Assembly: GCF_006345805.1 (NCBI RefSeq)
Contig: NC_043017.1
Coordinates: 14,818,001 to 14,882,000 of the forward strand
Reading direction: 5' to 3'
Length of the DNA stretch: 64,000 bases
From: Octopus sinensis
Lineage: Eukaryota
Below the pieces are notes generated by a model that saw only the letters and a program-made list of their open reading frames with translations, was not told where the DNA came from and ran no database searches. Positions 49,771-63,405 of this stretch are shown piece by piece; positions within the stretch are counted from its first letter, which is position 1; every line of letters begins with the position of its first letter. Made by a program: the position numbers and the translations under genes.

Positions 49771-52700
49771 ACTGAAGACGCAGCTATGTTGGGCTTTAAT
49801 GATTTTCCATTAAAGATTCATCAGAATCCATTTTTAGGCCTTTATGAGTCTTGTCGAACAATAACATTCCGATGTCAATTTATGATTCATGACCTTCTCG
49901 GTTACATCATTTTGACGAATACGATTACACTAATGTTGTGTTGCTTGTTGCATTAGGCAACGAGAGATCGCCAGAAGGTTGTCGTTTGCGAATTGCGAGC
50001 TTCACAATAGTTTATCGATCAACCCCTCTGCTCTAGTTTAATTTATATTCAGGAAAGACTGATTGACTTCCAATCTGTATTTTACTTTTCAATATACTAT
50101 AATTAATATTTCAATATTTTTGAGGACGAAATTACATACAGGATATCACAATTATCCAATTTATAATTTTTCCGGTTATAAAGTGATTCATTTTCCCACA
50201 AAATGCGTTCTTAAAACGTAAGTATTCCAAATACAGTAGTCAAATAATGTGTGAATATGAACAATATTTGAAAGAGCCATTAACCTGGAGGCCAACTGCA
50301 TTTTCAATAATACACACGCGCGCGCGCAGAGGGGCTGAGAGAGGAAGAAAGTGTGTGTGTGTGTGTGTGTGTGAGTGTGTAGCTCAGATTTATGCGCGAT
50401 CACATGTAAGTTTTTTCTTTATATGTCCGAGTTATTTTCTTCTCTGTACAACTCTTTATTTGCAAAAAAAATCGATCGTTATAGAAATCAATACTGAAAA
50501 ATTATTGTTGAAGCCATGTAGATTTCAGTTTGATCAGTTCTCTATTATTTATTGTTACATGTTCAGAGATCGATCCTATTAAATGGACGGGAAACAGCTT
50601 TACGTTTCCTCACATATTGCGGAGGAAGTAATCCTTACTGGCACACGATCGCAGACACGCACCCACGCATACAGGCAGAGAGAAAAATAGTCGTACTCAA
50701 ACACACACGTGTGCGTGTATGTGTGTGAGCGCTCGTGTATGTACATACGTGGTATGTATGTATATTATATATGCTCGTGCTATATAAATGTTTTTAATAC
50801 TTATCTCTAACTAATTTTGTTGATTTTTATTTTATCCAGAAATAATAAACGTGTGAGTGACTTGTAAGCACTTCCATTCCTTATTCAAAATAACGAACCG
50901 TCGTCTGGCAGAACATAACGAACGACGCTTTGTATAGAAAGGAAAGAAAGATAAATCTCGTTGTGATGGGAAGAAATTACACTCGAAATTTGCCAAATTA
51001 TAAAAATTTTCTCAACTACGTTCATAAAATCTTAACGCAGGAATTTGCCAAAGCTATCTGATTTGAACGAATATCTTTAACGTCATGGTAAGGAATCAAC
51101 CTCAAATTGTAAAGATTGAAGGTGAATTGAGAACATTGATAGGACTTGAAGATCAAAGCCTGAAGGTCTTCGTTGCAGGTGTATAAAACATGGCGGGTAC
51201 ACCGTCATTTATTTATATGTTTGGTCTGTAACATCACACACACACACATACACACACACACACACACATACACAAACACACACACACACAAACACACACA
51301 CACACGTATTTAGATATAGACACGTAAATTTCTGCGTGCGCGTGTGCGTGCATTTGTTTGGGTGTGTATGCATGTTTCGATTAGAAGATGAGCGATTTCA
51401 ATTTTCGGTCACTCCAGTCTAAGTATGTCAGTCGAAGAATTTTAATATTTGCAGAATTGAAAATCTTGCATGTTACACACATACTGAACTCATTAAAAAA
51501 AAACGGAAAAAAACACAGAAATGTCTTTGACTAAGTCCTAAGTGGGAGGAGCATCGTGTTGACACTTTTCAGATCTTACAAAACTGGCGTGAAGAGAGGT
51601 GAAGGTTACCCTTCACTGAAAAGCTTATTCAGTAGACTGTAACAGATGGAACTGCATTCTACTTAGCCACAGACCAAGGTGTTATGTTAAACTGAGTTAG
51701 AGACAGAAATAAGAAGAGTGCTTTGGAATGACTTCTACAGATTTTGTTGGGTGACTTCCGTAAGCCCGAGTTCGAAAGGAGATACGTGCACCAGTTTGAG
51801 ATGATCAGAATAAAAACGATTTCTCTGCAGAATTCAGATACGGGTGTCCGTTTACAATGAGCTACAACAATGAAGGGCATTTCTAACATTGGGATGTGTC
51901 TGAAAATTGGTGGGAAAACTGCCATCGAAAAGTGGTCGCCATTATATGACTGATATAGTATCTTATTCACATCACTAGGATTTGAAACTGAAATAAAGAA
52001 AATTGACTTCAAACATTCCAATTCTATAAATAGAGGTAGGTGCTAGCTAAAATAGTTTCAGAAAAATTAACAAGTTTTTCGACTTGTAAGGATGGAAAAT
52101 GAAACGAGAACATTGATAGGACTTGAAGATCAAAACTTAAAGAACAAGTCTAATTAACGAATTAAGTTAATCCGGTAATTTATTTATTTTTGTCCGTCTT
52201 GTTTAAATTTTAATGTAAAGACGCATCTATTTTCGATTAAATACTGCAGAAATAAAAATAGCAAAAACTTGCAGAATCTCGCATCTTTTGTCTGACATTT
52301 ATTACACGAAAGACTACTAATCTTCTGTTTAAAGAAATCTAGAAGAAAATATAACACATTCACGCATTTCGCTTCGCACCAAGCTTGCAATTTCTCAAAA
52401 CCTAACAAATTCAATTATTTTTTTCGTGTTAAAGGTTATCAATAGATTTCATTTTGGAAACATTAGACTGCAATATTAATATCATTAATGGAGTAGGTAT
52501 AGGAAATGCTGCACGGAGAAGAAATGCACATTACAACAATGTAGTTGAAGATGCGATTCCATTGAGCGGCCCCTTGTGTAAAGTGTTCGCTGCTGCACTA
52601 TCGGGTTTGTCAGTTCTTTGTCTACGGGATTTGGTACGTGGAAACTCAGCAAAACCCGTCATATATACATACACACACATGTAAGATCCAGGGATCGAAG

Positions 52701-52834
52701 AGTAGGGAGAAATTTAGAGTCAAACAATCCGTAGTAAAAGAAAACTTTGAGGAACAATAGTGGTTTATTGAGACGGAAAGTTGTGGATTTGTTTTCACGG
52801 TAAGCGACCAGGTCTGCCGGGTGAGCGAATAAGA

Positions 52835-53041
52835 ATACAAAAGTTACGGAATGGAGTAGATAAGATCCGGGCAACATAAGTTTCATAACAAGCGGAACCT
52901 CAGAAGTGGTAAATATCTAAGTGAGGTGTATACTGCCGGATACTCTTCAAACCAAGGATATCTTGATTAAATTTAATCTGAGGTTCTGCCTGTTATGAAA
53001 CATATGTAACCCGGATCTTCTCCATTCAGTAAGTATTGTAT
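52835..53041. mobile_element. Short palindromic MITE-like element
   Basis: Arms 52835-52904 and 52977-53041 (gaatggag..aagatccggg..acata.gtttcataaca.gc.gaacctcaga and its reverse complement). Confidence 0.7.
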
Positions 53042-53214
53042 ATATATATTAATGTTTGTTTTTGTGTTCAGTTAAAAAAAACAATGTTACATTAGTCTAG
53101 TGGGTTAATCTATACTTTTATAGAGTACAAATTATTGTTCTTATACAAGAACACTTCGAAGTTAGCTGAGTCATCCGAATATGGCTTAGTTGGCCCCGAA
53201 ACTTCTTATATAAA

Positions 53215-53278
<64 letters not shown>

Positions 53279-53510
53279 GTCCCGGTTGCGTTTACATTCG
53301 TTCCTTTTTCCAAGAGATCTAATGCTCACAGCTTAGTTTTTCCTTGGGGTTGGCCGCTTTGGAGCAAATATCAGAATTAATCAGCCGAAATCTGCTATGA
53401 TGATCCGGTTTCTGACTGAAGATTAAAGGCTTCGAATGACCCGTCTGTTTTCTGTGTTCGTCCCTTTGTGTATTTCACGTTCTTGTTTCTTTATATATAA
53501 TTTTTATTCC

Positions 53511-53552
<42 letters not shown>

Positions 53553-54675
53553 AGAGAGAGTGAGTGAGAGAGAGAGAGAAAGAGAGAGCGATACACACAT
53601 ATATAAACACACACATTATATATCACTGCATAGCTGTAACCTTTTCGCTCTCGGGAGTAGAACATTTATTTTAGCCTCTCTCGGCCGCTCGTCTGTTTTA
53701 GTGAGACTATGTTCTCGGAGGTAACAGCGTTCGGTGAGTACTGACGTTTTGAAGTGTTAGCATTAGATACAGCTTGCAAATTAATTACGGTGATGTGTTT
53801 ATGTTGTCTTTCTCTCTCTCTCTCACCTATTTCGTATCCAGTTTACGTTCTTTATGTGTTCCCAGCTGCGGTTATGCAAAGAGACATTGAACAGAAACTC
53901 TCTTGAAATTTGAATCGAGAAACACAAAATGACATTCTTTAGCCCTGACGGTAATAATTCTGACAACTGTTTTGGCGGTTATTTTCACAGTTCCATAACA
54001 AACTTCTGTCTAAATTTGGAATAAACAGAAGAAAGAATATCTGAATCTAAAGATCCAACAGAAATAGACTGCACTTCCTCAAGAAGTAAACTTTTTTGAC
54101 AAAGAAGGCTAAAACCTAAATTCGATTCTTAAATGGTTAAACCCCGATAATCCAGGTATGAGATGAAATATCTCGAGGAAATTTTAAAACGCGATTCCAA
54201 AGTATACAGAAGACTGAAGAAATTGAAGGAAGAAAAAGAAATTCCTTCAAGAAAGAGAGAAAATAAATCTTAAAACAAACAGCAGGAAAACAAGTTAAAT
54301 TGGTTTTACTAAAAATATGATGGAATCTAAATGGCATTTCCGAAAACCCCCTCTGAGGTATTGAGTACATGGGTTTGACACTATTTATGGGAATTAGGAA
54401 AGGGTTTCAGAAAAGTGCAAACTTTATGTCTAATAGTATTTGACTAACAAAATTTATGATTAAGCTAATGCCATTAGAGGAATATAGCAATCTCAGAATA
54501 ACTAAAGGAGAAAGGCAAATCAGAGATAGAATGATTGTCTATTAATAACAAATGGGAAGAAAGTGATGTTAGACCAAAGAATTCTGGTTTGAAACCTTCA
54601 GAAAACAGAGCTAGTCAAATATCAGAAGAATACCTGAAAAGTGTACCTTAAAATTCTCTCTCTCTCTCTCTCACC

Positions 54676-54751
<76 letters not shown>

Positions 54752-55985
54752 TGTATGCTCGTGTTTGTGTGTATATGCATGTGTTCGTTTGTTCAGATAT
54801 TAATATACATATACTAAAGATCGTAAGCTAGGAATTCTTAATGAATATTTGTCAAGGACATGTTTCAGTATTATTCAATCTCATCAAAATAAGCCCTCTG
54901 AAAGCCGCTTTAATCTGTTGAGAATCCGTAAATATTAATGATTCAAAGAAAGACATGGTGTGATGAGACAGAATCATGTTACCTATTTAAAAAGAAAGCA
55001 ACAGGATTCTCACCAGTAAGAACGATGATTTTATTTTTCTGTGAAATTAGTTCCTAATTTCAAGAAATTGTTTCCCCTTAAATTTGAAGTTCTTTAACGC
55101 TAAGTTTTTGTTGTCTTTCCCCAACTAAGGCAAGGGGAAGGCCTTCAATTCACTAGGATTCGGTTTTGCATACATCATTCAGCACATCAGCAGCAGCTCC
55201 CTGAATTAAATTCGTACCATTAGCCTATTTCAGTCATGTGCTCCGGCTCATCTTCTTGTGCACACATGCATGTGCGGCGCGCGCACATATATATATTGTG
55301 TACACATGCTTGTGTCTTTCACCGATGTATGTTCGTGAAGAATGTATTATATTGACGAGAATATTGAAACAAGCGACTCATTATGAACGAAATCCCTTTG
55401 GGATGTTTGTTAAGTCAGAAAATGGTGTGTTAAGTGCCGTGCACATAAAATATTAATTGAAATTTGGAGAAAGTAAACAAAACTCTATCGATAAGAAAAG
55501 AGACAAAATATTAATATAATATGAATCAGCGACGAAACGCTAAGTTACCTACGTATTTAGGGGAATAAAAATCTGAATGATCACGTGACAAGCAACACAA
55601 AGACTTCCTTGTTACTCTCAGCCCTCATAAATTTTGTAAAACAGTGACTGGTTCGTAGAAAACCGATCCGAAACGAAACTAATGTTCAGCTTTTGTGATA
55701 TGAAATCCATAAATGGTAATAATGTATCGATTTATGAAGAGGTTGTTTCGCAAAGTAACGTTTGCACGTTTTAGTTTTTCACAGTCAATATGGCGCACAG
55801 GATAAAATATATATTTGATAACATTTAAATCTAGTCTCCCTTTCTCATTAGCGAGACGTGCAGCCATCTTTGGACAAAAGGCAGCATGATCACAAATGGC
55901 TTTGAAAATATGAATTTCTCTATATTTGAAGTAGTTTGTTATTATCCTGTGGAGGTGGCCATATTCCAGAGAGAGAAAGAATGAA

Positions 55986-56030
<45 letters not shown>

Positions 56031-58269
56031 AGAGAGTGAGTGAGTGAGTGAGACATTGGTTTCTTCAAATCTTCATCCAGAACACTATGGTTCTAATGTC
56101 AATCATTCCTCACAGTAAATAAAGTTAACATTTCCTCAGTTTAATGAGAAAACACCACTCAACTAAATTTAAGACGGGTAAATCATAAACAGTAATTAAA
56201 AGCATTTTATCGGTTGGAAAGTGATCAGATAGCAGAATCGTTGATCAAAACACCTCGAAGTACTTCTTAGGGCTCTTTGCGTTCCAGGTTCAATTCCCGT
56301 CGAAGTCAGATTCTTCCTTACATAGAGAGGTCATTGTTACCGACTAGCACCTCCATTTAAGTTTCAAATTTTGCTTATATTAGAAACAGTTATATCAAGT
56401 GTGTGTGTGTGAATGTGTGTGTGTGTGTGTGTGTGTCTGTGTGTGTGCGTGCGTGCGTGCGTGTGTATGAATGTGTCACAGTAGCTGAAGTCGTTATTTG
56501 AGACGCAGAGACAGAGCTAAATGATTAACCAATTCTCCAGGCACAATTTCGTAGCTTCGGCTTTGATGCTGCCTCGCAACACCCTGGCAACATAGGCTAA
56601 GGTCGACTAAATCTTCTTTGTTTGGTCAATCGAAGGACTTTTTTTTTTATTTTGTTCTTTTGGATGATAGTGTGCTGTTCAGCCGTTATAAGTTCGGCCT
56701 CCGGTGCCGTTAGAAAAGTTCTTGGTGTTGCAAGATCCGAACAACAATTCAACAAAACCCCCGCTCCCAGTTTGCGGGAGACTTAAAAATCCACAATCGT
56801 ACTTCTTAACTACACAAATAAAAACTATTTTCACATGTATGATTGTTTTAAGTATATAGAACAGATTAATTACGCTAATGATATGCAAATTTATGCTACT
56901 ATAAAATGGTATACAACGATGTTAACTCGATTAAGGCAGTTGTAAATTACACATCTTCTGTCGGTTTAAGATTGTGGGTGTTCTTATATAAAATTGCTAT
57001 TATTGGAACTGAATCAGAATCAAAGAATAATGGTGTAATCTACTTCAGGAATATGCACACGTGATAGCTAATCAATTAGATATTTAATTGATATCCAATC
57101 CAGTCAGTTATGTTATTGACTCGCCTCCCACTTTTATTGCAACTTTAGGGGAGTGTCTACAGTATCAGTGTTTGCCCGAGTCTGTCGGTCTAAGAAGCCT
57201 CATCCTTAATTGACGGAATAAACCACAAGAGGGGGAAGAGAGAGTTGAGAGAGAGAAATGAAGTCGGGGGAAAGAGAGGGTGAGAGAACGAAAGCAGCAG
57301 GTCTCTCAAGTATCCATTGACAACGATGGAATCATTGTTTACAAATTCTATTTAGGATTTCTTAATTTAATTAAAAGTTCATTTCAGTACTTCCTGTAAT
57401 TCAAATCTTTTAGTGTTGTGGAATCTGCGTCAGAACAATTTCTGATTAAATGAGAAGAAATGCATTTGAGAAGCTGACTCGGTTTAAAGAATATTGCCTT
57501 ATTGATCACGTGTGGCCGCTTATATCATTTGCAATAAGTAAATTAAAACAATGTACTAATTAATATATGAAATATTGACTGTTCTATCAGAATAGAGACA
57601 AAACAGATTTACAATTATTGGAATATAATCAGAACAGAATTTTGTTAATTTTATTCTATCTTAACTAGATTTGCTTGCCAAAGCACAGACTCTGTCGATA
57701 GAATCACAGAAATACGGCATCAGTCAGAGTGATTTCGATTTTTTCCTTCTTTTTGTTTCGTTTCATATTTTGCGTGAAAATAATGCACGATATTCACACC
57801 AGAAACTTGGCTCACCATTAACTGGCATCATTCCTCTCTGTTCAACCAAGTTGAAGTATGTCACTCTGTAAGATATCCCCCCCTCCTAATACTAATTTTT
57901 ATAGAATTTTCTCGCTATACCATGAATGTTAAAATCGCTAGAATTTCTGGCTGCGCGGATCTCGATTCATATTAACAATGATTCCATATCGATGCCAGAT
58001 TTTCTGGAGGATTGCCATGACGCAATTATAAGTTGGGGAAAATGGTAATGAAGCGTATTTAATGAAGATTTTGACTTTTGTGTGAATACATATCTACTGG
58101 TCTAAGTGATATTTTGTACCATATAGGTTGGACGTGTGGCTGATATAATATTTCGGATGTCAAAAACCGTAGCTGACCAACAATTTATAATGACGAAACA
58201 GAAAAGACACATGAACAGGAATCATTATATTACTAATTATGAATTATGACCCTCTATTAAAGAAGCTAG

Positions 58270-58740
58270 CTTCACAACTACTTGATTACGGTTTCGTTCC
58301 CACTGTTGAACACTTTGGACATGAGCCATCTACCACCATCTCAGCTAGAATGAAGCTCCGTGAAGTCTTGGAGATTAAAACTGTGTGGGTCGCGGAGACC
58401 CTTACATGTGTAGATGAGGGTCGAAGTGACCACTCCTTAGTAGATAATGGGGGGAGTGACCGTTCGTTTGATTTGCAGATAGATTTCATCGTTCGTCTAG
58501 TTTAACATCCTAACCTCGCTCTTAAGTGCTTTTAGTGGAGACTACTGTGTTTGAGGATTACCTTCGTTTCTTTCCATTATGATGCTCTTAAATCCTGCAA
58601 ACACGCGCAAGCGTCTGCTTTTCTAGACTCTCTTACTAAGCGGGGAGAACCACGCATCAAACGGTCTGGTTAGAGGGGTATGTGAACTGACTCAGTGCAG
58701 TTTCACGTATCTGTGTGCAGTGAGAAGCTTTCTCCCTGAC
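58270..58740 (-). pseudogene. Decayed RTE-clade LINE RT C-terminal fragment
   Basis: SQFTY, EIYLQIKR...GVVTSTLIYTC (cf. ISLQTKLKVY.AVV.STLLYGCE), LRD.HSF.L in RTE order, with stops and frameshifts. Confidence 0.45.
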
Positions 58741-58846
58741 AATACAATGAATAGCTTTCTTGTGGGTTCGAATATACCTCAAACATAGTTGAACTGGTAT
58801 AAAGTCTGCATTTATACGCTGTTTGGTGCTGTCAACCCGTGTGTGT

Positions 58847-58891
<45 letters not shown>

Positions 58892-59494
58892 CGTCTGCGT
58901 GCGCGTGTATAGCGTGTGTGTGTATCTGTACATGGGTAAAATTGGTCAAGTTATATCCGATACCCAACAAGTAAAACAATCTCTAATGATAAATACTGAA
59001 TATTAAGTGAGCGACTTCATCTCCACTGTAGTGAATGAAGACAGTGTTTAATTCTAGATAAGATGTCCCAAATGGTTGAAAGATCTTACTGCTGGAAGTT
59101 CTTCTCATCGTAAGAGGGGACTAACCCGGAGTTCTGAATTGTGGCAGCAAGGCAAAACTCTATCCTCCCAATGGACAACTGGTCGTGTCTGCAGTAGAAT
59201 GGACCCTGATAAACGTATCAAAAGACCTGCTGTCGGTTAAACTGGGTGATGAAGACCAGGTGGCCACAAAGACCAGGTGGCGCTGTTAAACTGGGAGATG
59301 AATTCTATGTACAAACAAGAACTGATCAGAAATCCCTTCAATAGGTATCCATCCACAAAATTTCGTCTACCCAGTTCCACTTCCAAGAGTTTGTGAAATC
59401 TCCCATCAAGGAAATGACACCATAAACTCACCTAGTTTTACTACTTTATAATGGCTTCAAATGACAGCTATCCATCCATCTCTCTCTCTCTCTG

Positions 59495-59552
<58 letters not shown>

Positions 59553-59779
59553 TTACAAAAGATTAAGAAAAAACTTTGTAGAGAGTAGAATGGTACTAAC
59601 CTTAGTAAGGAATCTCACAAAGTGCTTTAAGTTCTCAACGTTATCAACCACTCACACACACACATATATACTTCATCATACACTTAGAAACTAACCTCGT
59701 TAGAAATTATTTTTCAACAAGATTAGTTTTATTTACATAAAGATTGAATCACAATTTAAGAACAAAAAAACGAAAAGAC

Positions 59780-60015
59780 AAGGTTGGTTCAGCAGCAGAA
59801 GACGAGAGTGGAGAGGGAGTACATCCCAGAACAAATGGCTTGTTTAGCCTCGCCCTGCAGACATGAACACGAAGGTTTTGCCCGAGAGGTTGGCCAACGA
59901 CCTTCGCTGCAGCATCCACACCACCTTTCAGGGTTCATTTCTCAGATTGACCGCAGTTATCCCGATTTTGCGTTGGAAATCAGCAGTGTGAGATCTAAGA
60001 AAATGAAATCTCGAT
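59780..60015 (+). pseudogene. Heavily decayed mariner transposase N-terminal relic
   Basis: WF..., EDESGEG.HP, LANDLRCSIHTT (cf. LAEELNVSIPTI), HL.GFISQIDR..P (cf. HLK.LGFISKLD.WVP) across frames. Confidence 0.4.
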
Positions 60016-60604
60016 GATGACCGGCAAAAACTGATGGCGTTAAATATATTTGAATTTACAGACTGAACTTTTTTAATGATTACACTTTTCCTAAATAAAT
60101 AAGAACTTGAATTTCATTCATCATCATCATCATCATTTCTACTGATGGCATTATGGGGATTAGACATGGATTACAACAACAACAACGAGAAGGAAGAGAC
60201 ATCGTCATTGCTGTTACTGATGATGATGATGATGGTTGCGATCGGGTCACAGTAGACATACTAATCGTATACGTATCTCGAGCACGTATTTGGATTATAT
60301 TGGTGAAATTTGTTGCTGTCTTACTATATACAATCGATGAGGAAATCGATAATAAAGTGTTATGTAATTGCAACTGATAAACTAATAAAATGTCTGTTCG
60401 TCCGCCCGTCCATCCGTTTGAATTGTAGAACCAGTTTCAGGCAGCGCATTATTGAATATATGTTATTGAATGTATTTTATGCGTTTAATCCCATGTCAGG
60501 AATAAGAATTATTTTAGTTTCTGTCTAACTAAATAATAATGTTTATTACAGTTTATTGAATTATGTGAATGGATTAAGTGGGACTCTACATGATAGCTAA
60601 GCCT

Positions 60605-60745
60605 GTTAAAAATAGCAACCAAATCTCCCTTATATCATTCCCTAGTGACGTACGAATATGTAGGAATCAATGAGGGAGGCCTCTACATAGTAGATACACC
60701 TAATAGAAATAGTAGCTTAATCTCCTTCAAATCACACCGTCTACG
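60605..60745 (+). repeat. Dispersed short repeat (gttagaaatagcagccaaatctccc-like)
   Basis: Two copies here; related copies near 25501, 25790 and 60988. Confidence 0.5.
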
Positions 60746-61341
60746 TATTAACTGAATGTGATCGAAATAAGAGTCAATCTATCCATCCAGAATCCACCAT
60801 GTTTTAACGACAGGGGTCAACATGGTTAGAATACCTTTGAAAATAGTTCTGCTCATTTATGACAACCCTGAGTCTAACTGGACATCAATTACTGTTTATT
60901 AAAGAATCTGCGCGAATAAGAGGCTGACTACCTGGAAGAGATAGGGGGCGGAGGGAGAGAAAGACAAGCAGAGAGTCTGATACAGAGAGAGCAGCCAAAT
61001 CTTAAATCATACTTTACTGTCTTAAATAAAGAGGCAAGCAAGGACCCCTGCAAAATGTACAAAATGTAGATTTAGGTACACCACAAGACTTCTGAGTAAA
61101 TAAAATATTACGAGTATTCCCTTTACAAAAATATCAACAGACAAAGAGTTTATTTTCTTAAATATTAGAGAGAAAAAAACCTGGAAGACAATTATTGATT
61201 TGGAACCGAAGCTGTAGAAGGAGAAGACTGAAGAGTTTCTGGTCAGCCATGTTTATGAAACTGCATTTATTCGTCATCGGTTGTAAGCATCTCTTAAACA
61301 TAGACCATTAATTTTATAGTCAGGTTGTTGTTTGTGTGTGT

Positions 61342-61393
<52 letters not shown>

Positions 61394-61522
61394 ATAAAAG
61401 TTAAAAGCAGTTTTAAAAAGTTTAAAATGTCAGAATAACGCAGAATGAAGAGGAAAGATACGGAAGTAGTTTAACGTTTGACAAAAAATACATGATATGA
61501 ATATGGCGTATCCTGATATTAT

Positions 61523-61570
<48 letters not shown>

Positions 61571-61682
61571 CACAATCAAGGAATGGGCATAATAGGCCAT
61601 TCACCCACTAGAAATAACAGCCAAAGCTTCAACCGCTGGTGGCAAATAAATTCTACGAAATTTTTTGCCACCCTATATTGAT

Positions 61683-61732
<50 letters not shown>

Positions 61733-62910
61733 ATGATGTAATGTACATGCATATGTGTGAAAGACAGTGTGTGTGTGTGTGTGTCCGGAAGGATTAAAGG
61801 CAAATTTGACCCTGGTGAGAAGTGTCAATAGGGAAAACCTCAAGCCATATAATATGAAGACAGTTGAGTTTCTTTTTATTTCTGTTGTAGATTACGAATG
61901 AATTTGAAGAGTTTAGTTTGCAGAAACAATGTTCCTGACTTGGGACGAAAATATTATTAAATATTTTCGGAATCATTGATTTGGACCGATACAGATGATA
62001 GATTGATACATCGACTGTCAGAGATCAATTGAAATCAATTAAAAGTTTCTGCTTGCAAGGTCATCAATAAATGAGAATTGCAGCTATAAACCATTCGATC
62101 ATTATTTTATTTGTCTGAATATAAAGAATTTGAAGCTGTCTTTATGTACGTCCACATGAAGACACACATTCATAAATACATGTCCACAAATACACACACA
62201 CACGTTCTTACATATGTATAGTTAAACTTATTTCCTCCTATCGTCTACCCCACTTCAGAGCTGGGTCTGTCACAGCCGTGCCGGGAGGGCAATGTGCTCC
62301 AACTGATGTTGTGCCATTTCACTTCCGTTGCAGCTACATCGTTGGTTAGGGCTGATACAATGTGGACGTTACCGAAGGAATTTGAGAAAGAACGAAAGAA
62401 AGAGACAAGCTATTCAAAGAAGAAAAAGCAACAACATTCTACAAGTTTCCGGTACTTTATCACAAGTGGAAAGAAGAGGAGGAAGAGTCGAGTTAAGCGA
62501 GATTTGGTAGTAGAACGCAAAACCCGAAGCAATTATCACAAGGTATTTTGTCCGGTGCTCTACCGATTCTGCCAATCGGCTACTCCTAACATATGTAAAT
62601 TTAAAGGAATGAAGACTAAAATAGGAATAAGTGTGACTCTTTAAATGAAGAATGAAATATTTGGTCTTTTGTATAATGTTTAGTCAATATTATTGGACCA
62701 GGGGTGGTGCGTGGAGGGAAGCAGATGACTGTGTGTGCGTGTGTGTGTGTGTGTGTGCATGTGTGTGAGTTATAACAGGAGAGGGATAGATAATTCGTCT
62801 GGCGGTAAGAGGGTTATAGCGAGGTAGGTAAGAGTGGGAAATGATTAGGGTGAGGGAATTTGTTGTGGTATGGAGGTGAAAAGAGTGGGGTAGATAATAG
62901 AGGTTAGGGT

Positions 62911-63113
62911 AGTTTCAATTTCTTGGAAGAACCAGTCCAATCCATTCAAGGTAATAATGTTCTGGGGAAATATGTGAAAACCCAACTTTTCTGGTTCCCA
63001 CTCTCCTTTGAAATTTCATGTGATTATACGAATTTGAACTCTGAACATAAAGACAGACAAAATGCCGCTGAGCATTTCGCCCGTCATGCTGACGATTCTG
63101 CCAGCTCGCCGCC
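62911..63113 (-). mobile_element. SINE family 2 copy
   Basis: tttgaactctgaacataaagacagacaaaatgccgctgagcatttcgcccg...gattctgccagctcgccgcc. Confidence 0.8.
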
Positions 63114-63123
63114 GTAATAATAA

Positions 63124-63335
63124 TAGTTTCAAATTTTGCCACAAGGGCAGCCATATTGTGGGAGGCGACAAGTCGTTTACATCTGCCCCGGTGTTTCACT
63201 GGTATTAAATTTACCGACCCACGAAAGGATGAAAGGCAAAATCAACCTCGGCAGAACTTGAACTCAGAACGTAAAGATGGACGAAGTGCCGCTAAGTATT
63301 TAATCCGATGTGCTAACGACTCTGCCAGCTTTCCT
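63124..63335 (-). mobile_element. SINE family 2 copy (tandem)
   Basis: ccccggtgtttcactggta...gatgaaaggcaaaatcaacctcggcagaacttgaactcagaacgtaaagatggacgaag. Confidence 0.85.
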
Positions 63336-63354
63336 CCATAATATTAAAAAAGAA

Positions 63355-63405
63355 GAAAGAAGAATAATAAAGAAGAAGGAGAAGAAGAAGAAGAAGAAGA
63401 AGAAG
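63355..63405. repeat. (GAA)n microsatellite
   Basis: Directly visible. Confidence 0.9.

Noticed and set aside
53160-53440. Two degenerate hammerhead-like strings (ccgaatatggc...ggccccgaaac; tatgatgatcc...ggcttcgaatg)
   Set aside because: Multiple core mismatches; possibly decayed Penelope-type ends, but unsupported alone.
59782-59815. WFSSRRREWR resembling homeodomain helix 3 (WFSNRRAKWR)
   Set aside because: No helices 1-2, no polypyrimidine acceptor, and frameshifts would be needed. The flanking frames fit a decayed mariner N-terminus better.
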